Below are positions 1-10,270 of a stretch of DNA of 64,000 nt, one piece after another (the stretch's first letter is position 1; every line of letters starts with the position of its first letter). A program made the position numbers and the translations under genes. The notes below the pieces were generated by a model. It did not search any database. It was given only the letters and a program-made list of their open reading frames with translations, and had not been told where the DNA came from. This stretch comes from a bacterium. GTDB lineage: Bacteria > Krumholzibacteriota > Krumholzibacteriia > G020349025. Location: the NCBI GenBank assembly GCA_031362565.1, contig JANLSU010000132.1, forward strand, positions 14,333-78,332, read 5' to 3'.

Positions 1-242
1 AAAAGGCGTGTTGCCGGCTTGGGTCGCGCCAGCGTATGCCGCATCCAGGCACGCAACACGGCGCATTCCGCTGCCCCCGCCGGGTGCAGCGCCCGACTCG
101 CCACACCATTCGATACCGCGCCGGGATCGCCGCTTTGAATTGCGCGGCGCCCGCCACACGATTCGACCGCAAGCAGGCCCAAGAGCACGGCGGCCATCCG
201 CCGCCATGCGACGCCTCGAGTTCGGATAAGGCCAGCCTCCGG

Positions 243-2519
243 TCAGAGGATGAATGTGCCCGTGACGAGTGCGACGAGCGCGCGTAGAGAGTGCGCGCGT
301 TGGACCTCGTGATGATAGCCGGCGTCGAACAGGCCGGTCTCGCGCCAGCGGCCTGGATCGAGAAGCGGAACGCTGGCGCGCCGGATGGCCTGGCGCACCC
401 CCTCGCTGTGGCGACAACGCTGATCGTACCAAATCAAGAAGTTGACGATCGCCGGGGTGCGGGCGAATTCCCCATTGGCGCCGCTATCCCACGTCCCGTC
501 GCGATGCTGCGTCGAGAGCAACCATTGAACGTGGGCCGGAAGCGCGGCCCGCAGGCGCTCGAGCACCTTGGAATCGCCCAAGAAAACGTCGGCCGCCATC
601 CAGCCTTCCTCGACGTAGGCGGCGGTCGTCAGTGCACCTTCGCCGCTCGCGTGCTCGGGCAACGAGCCATCGGGTTTCAACTGCGCGAGCGTGTACTCGA
701 GGGCGTGCAGAGCGCAGTCGCGGTACGCCACATTGCCGGTACGCTTCCACAGCCAGCCGTGAAGTTCTATTCCGGCCAGCGCGGTGCTCACCAAATACGG
801 ATCGCGTGCGATCCGTTTGTTGGAACGCGGCACGTAGGTATTCCGCCAGCCAATCCCGAAAGCGCCCGACGGCAGCACCATCAGATCCTCTTGCAGCGAG
901 TGCACGAACTTCTCCGCCACGGCCTGCCAGCGTTGTAACTGCACGCTGTCCGCGTCTGCCTCGAGACTTGGAAACACGCCAAGCGCCGCCGCAATGTCGG
1001 CGATGTAGATCGCGCCGTACCCGATCGACCAATACCCGGTCTTGTCCTGATGCGCCGCAAGCTGATCGGCAAAGCCGCGCGCCCAAGCACGACACGGCCC
1101 GGCATCGAACCACTCGGCCGCATCGCGATCGGCACCCAACGCCGCGGTCGCGCCGGCCAAGCCGCGCGCCAAGTACCCTTCCACGAACAATCGCCGTGGC
1201 GCCGCCGGACGGGACAGTGTGTGCGCCACGAGCAGCCGCAGCGCGCGGCGCGCCGCCGCCGGGTCGACGGCATACGGTCCTTTGGCCTCCGGCGCCGGCC
1301 ATGCTTGCGGGGCGCGCAACGTTCGCACCTCGAAGTCGAGGCATTGCAGGCGGCCGGTCGAATCGGGCCGTGCTCCCACCGTGTCCGGCGCCGCAGCCTC
1401 GACAAAGAGCGCCGTGATGCGATCGCCGGTCGCCACAAGCGCTGGTGCCACAGCGACGCGACCCGGACGCACGACAAGCGGCCGGAGTGGGGTCCACGTT
1501 TGCCCCGCATCCGCGCTCAGTGCGGCGCGTAAGGCTTGCAGCGGCGGCAGTGCCACGAGGGTGTCCGGCACCGGATCGTTCCACGCGATGGCCATCCCAT
1601 CACCCGATTCGAACGACCGGAGTGCGAAGGGCGCTGCGAGTGCGGTCACGGCCAGACCGCCGGGCCGGATCAAGGTGACGGCCTCTTTGGTGAGAACCCG
1701 GCATCGCAAGTGCGTCCCGAGCCGGCTGACGAGAAGCCATTCGCCTTTCGACCGGCCTGCAAGTGCCGCATCGCATTCGCCGCGCTCGACCGGCACGACC
1801 GCCATCTCATCCCAGGTGCGAGCATCGCGGCTGCGATAACACACAATCTCGGTGCCGCGCTCTGCCGTCACAGAACAGACCGGAAGCACGAGCCCACCGT
1901 TGTGATCGCGCGCCAACCGGCCGGCGGCAAGTGTCGTCGTCGCGTCTCGTGCGCCGAGTGGCTCCGGGTCGCTCCAGGTGCGGCCATCACGTGAACCACG
2001 CCGCACGACGATGAGCGCTCGGGACGTCGAATCACCGGTGATTGTCACCAGAACGAGGCTGCCGTCCGCAAGCCGTTCGAGACTCGGATTGCGGCCTGGA
2101 AACCGGGCCAAGACCGAGGACCGCTCCGGGGTTTGCACTTGGACGATGGAGATGGAGTCGCCCGTACCGTGCCGCGAGCGCCAACCGGCCGCCACCCACG
2201 TCGTGTGGCCGTCGACCAGCACGTCGCCCGACGTGAATCCCGGTTGCCGAGCGCGCGCCCGCCACCGGCGCACCGGCTCGGCCCGCATGGTGTCGCTTGG
2301 AAAGGCGGTCCATTCGTCGAGCTGCGCCGCGGCCGGCGGACCGCTCGACCAGCGAATGCGCTCCGGCGCCGGCCCCGCGCCGGCGGGCACCGCCAGCGCC
2401 CAAATCAACAACAGACATCCCGCACCGCATGCGACGCGCACCCGGCTCGACTTCGGGTGCAATCGGGCCGGTGCTCCAAGTCTCGCGCTCACGGCATCCC
2501 CTCGCGGCCACGATACCAC
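243..2519 (-). CDS. Secreted BNR/Asp-box (sialidase-like) protein fused to an alpha/alpha-toroid (prenyltransferase/QW-repeat-like) domain
   Basis: Hydrophobic signal-like segment (CLLLIWALAVPAGA). Asp-boxes SRDGRTWS, SRDARTWD, SADAGQTW. C-terminal QLKPDGS and QHRDGTW motifs. Start uncertain. Confidence 0.6.
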   Translation of the reverse strand: MVSWPRGDAVSARLGAPARLHPKSSRVRVACGAGCLLLIWALAVPAGAGPAPERIRWSSGPPAAAQLDEWTAFPSDTMRAEPVRRWRARARQPGFTSGDVLVDGHTTWVAAGWRSRHGTGDSISIVQVQTPERSSVLARFPGRNPSLERLADGSLVLVTITGDSTSRALIVVRRGSRDGRTWSDPEPLGARDATTTLAAGRLARDHNGGLVLPVCSVTAERGTEIVCYRSRDARTWDEMAVVPVERGECDAALAGRSKGEWLLVSRLGTHLRCRVLTKEAVTLIRPGGLAVTALAAPFALRSFESGDGMAIAWNDPVPDTLVALPPLQALRAALSADAGQTWTPLRPLVVRPGRVAVAPALVATGDRITALFVEAAAPDTVGARPDSTGRLQCLDFEVRTLRAPQAWPAPEAKGPYAVDPAAARRALRLLVAHTLSRPAAPRRLFVEGYLARGLAGATAALGADRDAAEWFDAGPCRAWARGFADQLAAHQDKTGYWSIGYGAIYIADIAAALGVFPSLEADADSVQLQRWQAVAEKFVHSLQEDLMVLPSGAFGIGWRNTYVPRSNKRIARDPYLVSTALAGIELHGWLWKRTGNVAYRDCALHALEYTLAQLKPDGSLPEHASGEGALTTAAYVEEGWMAADVFLGDSKVLERLRAALPAHVQWLLSTQHRDGTWDSGANGEFARTPAIVNFLIWYDQRCRHSEGVRQAIRRASVPLLDPGRWRETGLFDAGYHHEVQRAHSLRALVALVTGTFIL

Positions 2520-2687
2520 GCAGTCATGCCGCCCCCTCGGGCGACCGGCAGAGAAGGGCGAACGACCGGGCGATCCTGGGACCTGAGCGGGGCCACTTGG
2601 GCGGCCTGCATCTCGTATCCTGCAGAAGATCCAAGGGCGAGCGGACGGGCCAACGCGCTGCCGGCGCGCTTCGAACGGGAGGCGATC

Positions 2688-3614
2688 GTGATCGAGGTCC
2701 TCGACCTACGCAAGACGTATGGCGACGTCCAGGCGCTGGATGGAGTGTCGTTCGCGGTCCCCGAGGGCGCGGTGTATGGATTGTTGGGGCCGAACGGCGC
2801 CGGCAAATCCACCGCGATTTCCATCCTTGCAGGGCTCGTCAAGGCGACTTCGGGACGCGCCAGCATCGCCGGCCACGACGTCGCCACCGACGCGATGGCC
2901 GCCAAACAAGCGCTTGGATTCGTGCCGCAGGACGTCGTGCTGTACGACGAACTGAACGCGGCCGAGAACCTGGAGTTCTTTGGCGGCCTGTATGGCCTGC
3001 GTGGTGCGGCCTTGCGAACGCGCGTCGCCGAACTCTTGGTGGAAATCGACCTGGGCGACAATGCCAAGCGGGCGGTCGAAACCTATTCGGGCGGCATGAA
3101 GCGGCGCCTCAATTTGGCCTGCGGGCTCGTGCACCGTCCCAAAGTGCTCTTGCTCGACGAACCTACCGTCGGGATCGATCCGCAGGCCCGCCTGCACATT
3201 CTCGAGATGGTGCGGCGCATCGCGCGTGAAGGCACGACGGTGCTCTACACCACTCATTATTTGCAGGAAGCCGAGGAACTCTGCCGGCGCATCGCGATCA
3301 TCGATCACGGACGCATCCTAGCCGAGGGCACGCTCGAGGAATTGCGGGCCCAGGTCGGTGAGCGGGACCTGGTGTCCTTGCGTGGCCGTTTCGATGTTCC
3401 GGCGACGCGCCAGCTCATCGAAGGCTTGGAAGGCACCGAGATCCTGTCGATCAAGGAAGACGAGGTGCAGCTCGCGATGCGGCATGGCGGCGACGCATTC
3501 GGACGCCTGGTGCGCGGCCTCGGAGAATGCGGCGAAGCACGCGAGATCAACATTCGCCAGCCGAGCCTCGAGAACCTGTTCATCAAACTCACCGGCCGCG
3601 AACTCCGCGAGTGA
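2688..3614 (+). CDS. ABC-2 type transporter ATP-binding protein
   Basis: Walker A GPNGAGKS, signature YSGGM, Walker B LLLDEP. GTG at 2688 preceded by GGAGG. Confidence 0.95.
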   Translation: MIEVLDLRKTYGDVQALDGVSFAVPEGAVYGLLGPNGAGKSTAISILAGLVKATSGRASIAGHDVATDAMAAKQALGFVPQDVVLYDELNAAENLEFFGGLYGLRGAALRTRVAELLVEIDLGDNAKRAVETYSGGMKRRLNLACGLVHRPKVLLLDEPTVGIDPQARLHILEMVRRIAREGTTVLYTTHYLQEAEELCRRIAIIDHGRILAEGTLEELRAQVGERDLVSLRGRFDVPATRQLIEGLEGTEILSIKEDEVQLAMRHGGDAFGRLVRGLGECGEAREINIRQPSLENLFIKLTGRELRE

Positions 3615-3622
3615 AGGTGCAC

Positions 3623-4891
3623 ATGCGATTGTTTCTGCATCTCTTGCGGACTGACGCGCGGCGCCTCTTGAAAACGCCCAGCGTGCCATTGCTGTGGCTG
3701 GCTTTTCCGCTCGCGCTGTCGCTCATCGAATACGGCGCCTTCGGACAGGTGGGACGCAGTGCCAACGGGCTGCCGAAGGGCACGCTGCTTCTGGTCGACC
3801 ACGACCGCACATTGTTGTCCGGCGTGTTTGCCCAAGCGCTGACTCGCGAGCCGCTGTCGGAATTCTTCGAAGTCGTGCGGCTCGACACCACCAATGTCTT
3901 CGAGAAGAAGCTCGCGAACAACGACGCTTCGGCAGCCCTGCTGTTGCCGGCCGGCTTCCAGGATTCGATTCTCGCCGGCGGCCGCGCCGGCCTGACATAT
4001 GTGCCGAACCCTCGCCAGCAGATCCGTCCGGCGATGATCGATGCCGCGCTGCGCACCTTCCTGGAAATCGGTAATCGTTTCCTGCACGAGGCGCACGACG
4101 CCATGGCGCTCGTGCGCTCCCAGTCGCAGGTCGCCGGCGCCCCGAACCGCGCCGCCGTGCTGTCGATCAGCGCCGCGTTCTACGACGCCGGCCAACATTT
4201 CACGAAGTTGGGCGCGCTCCGGAGCCTCGATCTCAAGGTGCAACGCCCTGCACCCAAGCCGGGACAGCCGGCGACCGCCGGTGACGCGGTGAATTTCTTC
4301 GCCTATTTCTTGCCGGGCTTGTTGTTGTTCAGCCTGCTCATGGTGAGTCAAGGATTCGAGCGGCGCGCGTTCGCGCTCCGCGAACGCGGTCTCTTGCGGC
4401 GGCTGGCGGCGGCGCCGGTGGGGCCGGGTACGGTACTCGCGTCACAAGCCGTTGCGGCGCTCATTGCCGCCCTCACGACCGGCGCCGTGATCCTGGTGCT
4501 CGGCGCGCTTCTGTTCAAGATTCCAATGCACCAGCCGCTCGTCATCGGACTGACGCTCGTCGGCTTCTCCTTGTATGCCGTCGGGCTCATGAAGATGTTA
4601 TACGGCGCCGCCAAGACGAAGCGTTCGGCGGAGGCCTTGGGATCGGTCGTGACACTGCTGTCGACGCTGATCGGCGGCGGGTTCGCGCCGATCGAGATCT
4701 ACGCCAATTCGGTGCGGCCATTCGCGGCGGCGACACCGGTGGGCTGCGCGAGTTCGAGCATGGTGGATGCAATCGTGCACAACCACAGCCTCGCGATGAC
4801 CGCACCCCACGTGCTCGGCATGTGGGCCTGGGGCATCGGATTCTGCGTCCTCGGCGTCGCCATCTCGTGGAGGACGCATGCCCGGCATTAG
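3623..4891 (+). CDS. ABC-2 type transporter permease
   Basis: N-terminal TM, large extracytoplasmic loop, C-terminal TM bundle with GGGFAP. Abuts the ATPase; alternative GTG start at 3611. Confidence 0.88.
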   Translation: MRLFLHLLRTDARRLLKTPSVPLLWLAFPLALSLIEYGAFGQVGRSANGLPKGTLLLVDHDRTLLSGVFAQALTREPLSEFFEVVRLDTTNVFEKKLANNDASAALLLPAGFQDSILAGGRAGLTYVPNPRQQIRPAMIDAALRTFLEIGNRFLHEAHDAMALVRSQSQVAGAPNRAAVLSISAAFYDAGQHFTKLGALRSLDLKVQRPAPKPGQPATAGDAVNFFAYFLPGLLLFSLLMVSQGFERRAFALRERGLLRRLAAAPVGPGTVLASQAVAALIAALTTGAVILVLGALLFKIPMHQPLVIGLTLVGFSLYAVGLMKMLYGAAKTKRSAEALGSVVTLLSTLIGGGFAPIEIYANSVRPFAAATPVGCASSSMVDAIVHNHSLAMTAPHVLGMWAWGIGFCVLGVAISWRTHARH

Positions 4892-6020
4892 GTGGAGCGC
4901 CGTGGCGCACGTCGCCCGCAATGATGTCCGGCTCATGCTGCGCGACCGCGGCACGGTGTTCTGGTCGTTCGTCGGTCCGTTCCTGTTCATGACGTTTTTC
5001 GGACTGCTGTTCCGCGACTCGCCGGCGGTGAAAACCAGGCTGACGATCCGCAACGCGGATGTGTCGCCGGCGTTCGCCACCGCGCTCACCGTCCTCCGGC
5101 GCGACGACAGCATCAGCGTCAAGAACGCGGCCAACGGTGCGGATCCCGCCGATGCCTTTGTCCTGGTGATTCCGCCCGGTTCGAGCGACTCGCTCCTGGC
5201 CGGCCGGCTGCCGCACCTCGTACTCCACACGCCGGAAGAAAATCCAACGCCGCGTGAGCAGACGCTCCGCGCCCAAACGCTGCGCGCCATTCTCGGCGCA
5301 TTCTTGGGACTCACGCCCGCCGATATTCACGCCACCCTCGACGAGGCCGCCGTCCGTGCCCGCGTCACCTACGAGCCGGCGATTCGACTCGACAAGCGAA
5401 CGCTGGACTACGCGCCGCCGTCCTTCGGCTTCCAGCACACCGTGCCGGCGTATCTCGTGATGTTTCTGTTGATGACCTTGATGACGAGCGGCGCCGAAAT
5501 CTTGATCGCCGAGCGGCGCGCCGGCCAACTGCGGCGGGCCCAGGTTTCGAGCACCGCCGCGAGCGAAATCCTGTGCGGCAAATTCCTGTCGCGCTTCGGA
5601 TTCGCGTGGATTCAGATCGCCGCCATGCTGGGCGTCGGCATCTTGGGATTCCGGGTCCACTTCGGCACCCATCCCGAAGCACTCTTCGCATGTTTAGCAG
5701 CCCTCGCTTTGTGTGCGACCGGCATGGGCCTCTTGTTCGCGACGCTCTTCCGCAACGCCGACAAGGCCGGCGGCTTCGGCAGTCTGATCGTGATGGCGAT
5801 GGCGGCTCTCGGCGGCTGTTGGTGGCCGCTCGAAATCGTCCCCGGCTGGATGCGCAAGATCGCCTTCCTGCTGCCGACCGGCTGGGGGTATGACGGGCTC
5901 AATCGAGTCATGGCGCTCAACAGCGGTCTTTCGGACATCGCGCCGCATCTGGCGGTGCTCCTCGGCATCGCGGTGGTGACCCTTACCCTGTCGATTCGCC
6001 GCCTCGGCCGCGCCGACTGA
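4878..6020 (+). CDS. ABC-2 type transporter permease
   Basis: ERRAGQLRR and LGGCWWPLEIVP motifs. Overlaps the previous permease. Confidence 0.92.
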   Translation: MPGIRWSAVAHVARNDVRLMLRDRGTVFWSFVGPFLFMTFFGLLFRDSPAVKTRLTIRNADVSPAFATALTVLRRDDSISVKNAANGADPADAFVLVIPPGSSDSLLAGRLPHLVLHTPEENPTPREQTLRAQTLRAILGAFLGLTPADIHATLDEAAVRARVTYEPAIRLDKRTLDYAPPSFGFQHTVPAYLVMFLLMTLMTSGAEILIAERRAGQLRRAQVSSTAASEILCGKFLSRFGFAWIQIAAMLGVGILGFRVHFGTHPEALFACLAALALCATGMGLLFATLFRNADKAGGFGSLIVMAMAALGGCWWPLEIVPGWMRKIAFLLPTGWGYDGLNRVMALNSGLSDIAPHLAVLLGIAVVTLTLSIRRLGRAD

Positions 6021-6059
6021 GAGCCGTCGCACTGCCCCGTGCCCCGTGGTGCCGCCCAC

Positions 6060-6142
6060 TGCACCGGTGCGGTGCACCGGCACCTGCACCGAGAAGTCCA
6101 GCCCCGGTGCACCGGTGCGGGCAACTGCACCCGGGCAGTGCA
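6060..6142. promoter_or_regulatory. Cluster of TGCAC-N7-GTGCA palindromes (NtrC-box-like)
   Basis: TGCACC-GGTGC-GGTGCA at 6060-6076 and TGCACC-CGGGC-AGTGCA at 6126-6142. Further TGCACC half-sites at 6073, 6085, 6108 and 6174. Confidence 0.4.
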
Positions 6143-6287
6143 GTCGCAATCCTTCAGCGCGATAGTTAAGTCCTGCACCAGCAGTGTTTTATCGCAAAGT
6201 TTCCAAGACGGCGCATGCTAGAATACCAATTGCTTGCTACCGCAGAATCATCGGCTTCCCAAAACTCGCCTGCGAAGGGACGGGGAC

Positions 6288-8249
6288 ATGCGATCGGTCG
6301 CGTTGGCTCTTGCGCTACTCCTTCCGGTCTCGGCTGCTCTTGCACAGCCCCCGCCTCCCCCGCCACCGCCACTCGGACCGCCACCGCAGCCGGCGGGAAA
6401 CCTCGTGACGACGGCCAAGGCCAACCTGGGCAAGGCGCTTTTTTTCGACGAGCAGCTGTCATCGACCCGCACCGTTGCTTGCGCAACCTGTCATCAGGCC
6501 GAGCACGGGGGCGGCGACCAGCGCGCCGCCGTAGGCACCGCCGGGTCGACAAACCCCGGTTTGGACGGCCTCTTTGGGACCGACGACGACATCGCGGCCT
6601 CGCCCGGCGTGCCGCTCAACCTCGCCGACGGCACCTACGACTGGTCGGCGAGTTTCGGACTACAGAGCCAAGTGACACCGCGCAAGTCGCCGTCGTCGAT
6701 CAACGCCGCCTACTTCCCGCTGCTCTTTTGGGATGGGCGGGCGACGTCGACATTCCGGGATCCACTGACCAACGCGGTTGTCTTGACGAATGGCGGCGCG
6801 CTCGAGAGCCAGGCCGTAGGGCCGCCCGTTTCGAGCACCGAGATGGCGCATGTCGGCCGCGATTGGAACGCGGTCGCGGCCCAGATGACGAACGCCAATC
6901 CGTTGGCCCTCGCGCCGACGATTCCGGCCGCGCTCGAGACGTGGATCGCCGGCCGCAGTTATCCGCAACTCTTCACGGAAGCATTTGGTTCGCCGGACGT
7001 CACGCCGTCGCGCATCGCGCTCGCCATCGCGTCCTTCGAACGCACCCTGTTTTCGAACCAAACGCCGTTCGATAGCGAGAATGGTGGGATTCCATCCCTC
7101 ACCACGCAGGAACGCGCCGGACGTTTGCTGTTCACGACGATCAATTGCGGCGTGTGCCACGGCGGCGCACTCCTTACCGACAATCTGTTTCATTACATCG
7201 GCGTGCGCCCGACGGCCGAGGATCAAGGCCGGTTCACCATCAGCGGCAATCCCGGCGACATGGGCGCCTTCCGCACCCCGAGCTTGCGCAACGTGCAGTT
7301 GCGCGGACCGTATTTCCACGACGGCCGATTCGCGACACTCGAGGAAGTCGTCGAGTTCTACAACCGCGGCGGCGATTTCAACGCCCCCAACAAGAGCCCG
7401 GCGATTCGACCGCTCAATTTGAACGCGCAACAAAAAGCCGATTTGGCGGCGTTCTTGAAGCGGCCGCTCACCGATGCGCGGGTTGCTGCTGCCACGGCAC
7501 CGTTCGACGCCCCCGCGCTCTACAGCCAATCGACGCGGGTACCGCAGATCCTCGGCACCGGCACGGGGGGTTCAAACGGCCTCGTCCCGCAGGCCGAAGC
7601 CCTCGAGCCGCCGATCGCCGGGAATCCGAACTTCACGGTGGGTGTGTATGGGGCACTGGGAGGCGCAACAGCGACACTCGTCATCGACTCGACGCAGCCG
7701 GGCACCGGCCCGGAGATTCCCGCCGCCGCATCTCTGGCACGGACGACGGTGCAATTGTCCGGGGTCGGCGCCGGAAACGGTTTCGCATCCGTCAGCCTGG
7801 CGATTCCCGCCGGTCCGGGGGCCGTCGGTACGGAGCTTTTTGGACGCTGGTTCATCGCCGACCCGGGCGCCGAAGGCGGCGTCGCGGTGACCGCAGCGTT
7901 TCATTTCACGATCTTCGGGCCTGCCGGCACGGCGACCGACGTCGCGCTCACGCCCGGTTCGCCGCTGGCGATCGCGCGGTTACACGCGAATACGCCGAAT
8001 CCGTTCAATCCGGAAACCACGATTCGCTACGACCTGCGAGACGCATCGCCGGTGCAACTCGGCATCTACGATGCCGCCGGGCATCGCGTCCGCCAACTCG
8101 TCACCGCCGCGCTACAACCCAGTGGCAGCTACGACGCGCGTTGGAACGGCCGCAATGACGCCGGCGCCACGGTCGCCTCGGGTGTGTACCTGTATCGCCT
8201 GCAAGCCGGTTCATACACCGAAACGCGCCGCGCGGTGTTGCTCAAGTAG
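6288..8249 (+). CDS. Di-heme cytochrome c peroxidase (MauG/CCP family) with C-terminal FlgD-Ig/T9SS-like domain
   Basis: Signal peptide then poly-Pro. LGKALFFD, CATCH, FWDGRA, CGVCH, FRTPSLRNV, PYFHDG. C-terminal PNPFNP...WNGRND...SGVYLYRL. Confidence 0.9.
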   Translation: MRSVALALALLLPVSAALAQPPPPPPPPLGPPPQPAGNLVTTAKANLGKALFFDEQLSSTRTVACATCHQAEHGGGDQRAAVGTAGSTNPGLDGLFGTDDDIAASPGVPLNLADGTYDWSASFGLQSQVTPRKSPSSINAAYFPLLFWDGRATSTFRDPLTNAVVLTNGGALESQAVGPPVSSTEMAHVGRDWNAVAAQMTNANPLALAPTIPAALETWIAGRSYPQLFTEAFGSPDVTPSRIALAIASFERTLFSNQTPFDSENGGIPSLTTQERAGRLLFTTINCGVCHGGALLTDNLFHYIGVRPTAEDQGRFTISGNPGDMGAFRTPSLRNVQLRGPYFHDGRFATLEEVVEFYNRGGDFNAPNKSPAIRPLNLNAQQKADLAAFLKRPLTDARVAAATAPFDAPALYSQSTRVPQILGTGTGGSNGLVPQAEALEPPIAGNPNFTVGVYGALGGATATLVIDSTQPGTGPEIPAAASLARTTVQLSGVGAGNGFASVSLAIPAGPGAVGTELFGRWFIADPGAEGGVAVTAAFHFTIFGPAGTATDVALTPGSPLAIARLHANTPNPFNPETTIRYDLRDASPVQLGIYDAAGHRVRQLVTAALQPSGSYDARWNGRNDAGATVASGVYLYRLQAGSYTETRRAVLLK

Positions 8250-8257
8250 CGGCAGTC

Positions 8258-8605
8258 TCAGCTTGCGAGTTTTTTCTCGAGAACGCGAATGAGGCCGGCT
8301 TTGCGGGAGCGCGCCTTGGGTTTGATGACGATTTCGACGTCCTGCCCGAGCGCGTTTAGGAAGCGAAAGAGCCGGTCGGACGAGAAACCTGCGAGGTGTC
8401 CGCGCATGAGAGCTGACACCTTTGGTTGATCGATGCCAAGAACATCGCCGGCCTGGGCCTGAGTGAGCTTGCGCTTCGAGATGATTGCGCAGATGCGTTC
8501 CGCGATCTCCGCTTTCGCCAAGGCTTCCGCGGCCTCTGGAATCTGGAGGTCCTCGAACACGTTGCCGCTGCTCTCTCGAACTTCAGTCGTTGCCTTGCGT
8601 CCCAC
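8258..8605 (-). CDS. HigA-like XRE/HTH antitoxin
   Basis: SSGNVFEDL N-terminus and HTH LTQAQAGDVLGIDQPKVSAL. Overlaps the upstream toxin. Confidence 0.9.
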   Translation of the reverse strand: MGRKATTEVRESSGNVFEDLQIPEAAEALAKAEIAERICAIISKRKLTQAQAGDVLGIDQPKVSALMRGHLAGFSSDRLFRFLNALGQDVEIVIKPKARSRKAGLIRVLEKKLAS

Positions 8606-8981
8606 TGCCCTCTCTCCTTGCTAACCACTCTGCGTGCATTTCCGCCCTTTTGAGCCGCCGTCTCACGAGGTCCATCTCCGGTTTCGGTGTTTGAATGCCC
8701 TTCTTCGCCTTCTTCTGAAACGCATGCAACGCGTAGACCGCGCCCTGGAAGTTGATGGTGTAGACAGCCCGGTAGCTGTCGCCGGCGTGGTCGTCCACCA
8801 CCTCCAGCACCCCACCCCCACCAAAACCCCGGAGAGCCCTCGCACTGATGTGCTTTCCGCCCTTCTGTGCTTGGAAAAGCGCAAATCCAATCGCGTATCG
8901 CACTTCCCTGGGGAATCCACATACGTCGTGAAGGGCCGACCCCACCCAGAAGAGCGGCTTGGGTACCGGCGCGATGCTCAT
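8583..8981 (-). CDS. RelE/ParE-superfamily (Gp49-like) toxin
   Basis: KPLFWVGS...YRAVY...LHAFQKK...TPKPEMDL. Toxin-first order. Start uncertain. Confidence 0.88.
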   Translation of the reverse strand: MSIAPVPKPLFWVGSALHDVCGFPREVRYAIGFALFQAQKGGKHISARALRGFGGGGVLEVVDDHAGDSYRAVYTINFQGAVYALHAFQKKAKKGIQTPKPEMDLVRRRLKRAEMHAEWLARREGSGTQGND

Positions 8982-9010
8982 ATTATGCCATTTTTGGCAT
9001 TGTAGTGCAA
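8982..9010 (-). promoter_or_regulatory. TA promoter with overlapping operator palindrome
   Basis: Minus strand TTGCAC-17 bp-CATAAT. Inverted repeat ATGCCA-TTTT-TGGCAT at 8985-9000. Confidence 0.6.
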
Positions 9011-9189
9011 GGCGGTCCCTCTCCCGGATCCTTCGATCCTGCGTCCAAACTGGACGCGGTTTCCATGACCGTGAATGGGAGGTGGATCGTGCATCGGGGT
9101 GAGCGCCGCCGAGTTCGCGCTGGCGGAGCGCGAAGGCGATAGCCGGCAGTACTAGCAAGCACAGCGCCAGAGTGAATCCAGCGGAGCGG

Positions 9190-10083
9190 TCAGCGTCCTT
9201 GGGCGGCCGGTTGCCCGCCGAACAGGCGCTTGAAGTCGGACCACGTCGTGTGTTGGACGGCGGTGCGCGCATCGGAGATGTCGGTGGCGTAGAGCGAGTC
9301 GTGGACCGTGTCGCTCAACCAGAGATACTCGCCGTCCCAGGCTTGTCCCACGGGATGGGGTCCGGCCGGCTTGTAGGTGTTCAACGTGTCACCGGTCGCG
9401 ACATCGATCGCAAACCCGAGGTCGAAAATCCAGTCGACGCTCCACAGGTGAATCCCATCCCACGCCAGGTCTTCGACCCAGTACACCGGCAGGCGAAGAA
9501 AACCGACGCTTTGGAGCGTCTTTGGATCGAGCTTCCAGAGTTCGCTCGTGTCACCGACGTTGGCGCCGAAGCACGCGAGCCACAGGTTCGAACCATCCCA
9601 TTCGAGACCGACGGGATTGCCGGCCCCGGGCGGCTTGTCGTAACTCGCGACCACCCGCACCCCGGTCGGCGTGACCGCGACCTTCATGATGCTGCGCCCG
9701 TTCAAGTTATCGTGGTCGCAGGTCCACAAGTAGGTGCCATCCCACGCCAGGCCCTCCGGGTGCACCGGCAGGAGCGGGTCGGTGTAGGCGCCAAGCGTGG
9801 CGCCCGTCGCTGGATCGACCTTGTACAGGGTGGAATTCGAAAAGTTGTTCGACCACAGAGCGTGACCGTCCCAGGCCAGACCCTCGGGGTAGTCGCCCGG
9901 CGACGGAAACCCCCGCACCATCCGCCCGATCTTCCTCGGCCCCAGGCCCCAGGCCCCGGTCGCGGCCCACACGGCCGCTAGCAAACCCACCGCCAGCGCC
10001 AGCCGCGCCAGCTGCGCCTGGCGCGACAAGCGCGACAAGCGCCAGAAGCGCGACCGCGAGGTGGAAGACAGGGCGTCGGGCAT
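9190..10083 (-). CDS. Secreted beta-propeller protein (glutamine cyclotransferase-like repeats) with TW-x3-K tail
   Basis: Repeated GLAWDG/GLEWDG/DLAWDG/GQAWDG-x2-LW units. C-terminus TAVQHTTWSDFKRLF. Confidence 0.75.
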   Translation of the reverse strand: MPDALSSTSRSRFWRLSRLSRQAQLARLALAVGLLAAVWAATGAWGLGPRKIGRMVRGFPSPGDYPEGLAWDGHALWSNNFSNSTLYKVDPATGATLGAYTDPLLPVHPEGLAWDGTYLWTCDHDNLNGRSIMKVAVTPTGVRVVASYDKPPGAGNPVGLEWDGSNLWLACFGANVGDTSELWKLDPKTLQSVGFLRLPVYWVEDLAWDGIHLWSVDWIFDLGFAIDVATGDTLNTYKPAGPHPVGQAWDGEYLWLSDTVHDSLYATDISDARTAVQHTTWSDFKRLFGGQPAAQGR

Positions 10084-10166
10084 GTTCGAGAGACCTCCGG
10101 GCAGCGCGCGAACCCTTAGGCGGGAAAAGGGGGCGGCACCGCAATTGTACCATTGCCGCCCGGTGC

Positions 10167-10193
10167 CGTAACCTGCGGCGCCATAATTTCGTA
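10167..10193 (+). promoter_or_regulatory. Candidate ECF sigma promoter
   Basis: CGTAAC-17 bp-CGTA upstream of the 10271 gene. Confidence 0.3.
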
Positions 10194-10270
10194 GGCCCTT
10201 TCAAACCGGGCTCTTACTCGCCGCCAGAGCCGATTGCCTCATCACCTCGAATGCGGGAAGGGCCAATCCC

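Noticed and set aside
1..242. Short plus-strand ORFs at the window start
   Set aside because: No recognisable motifs, and truncated context.
6180..6287. Sigma54 promoter downstream of the NtrC-like boxes
   Set aside because: No correctly spaced GG-N10-GC in a TGGCAC/TTGC context was found.
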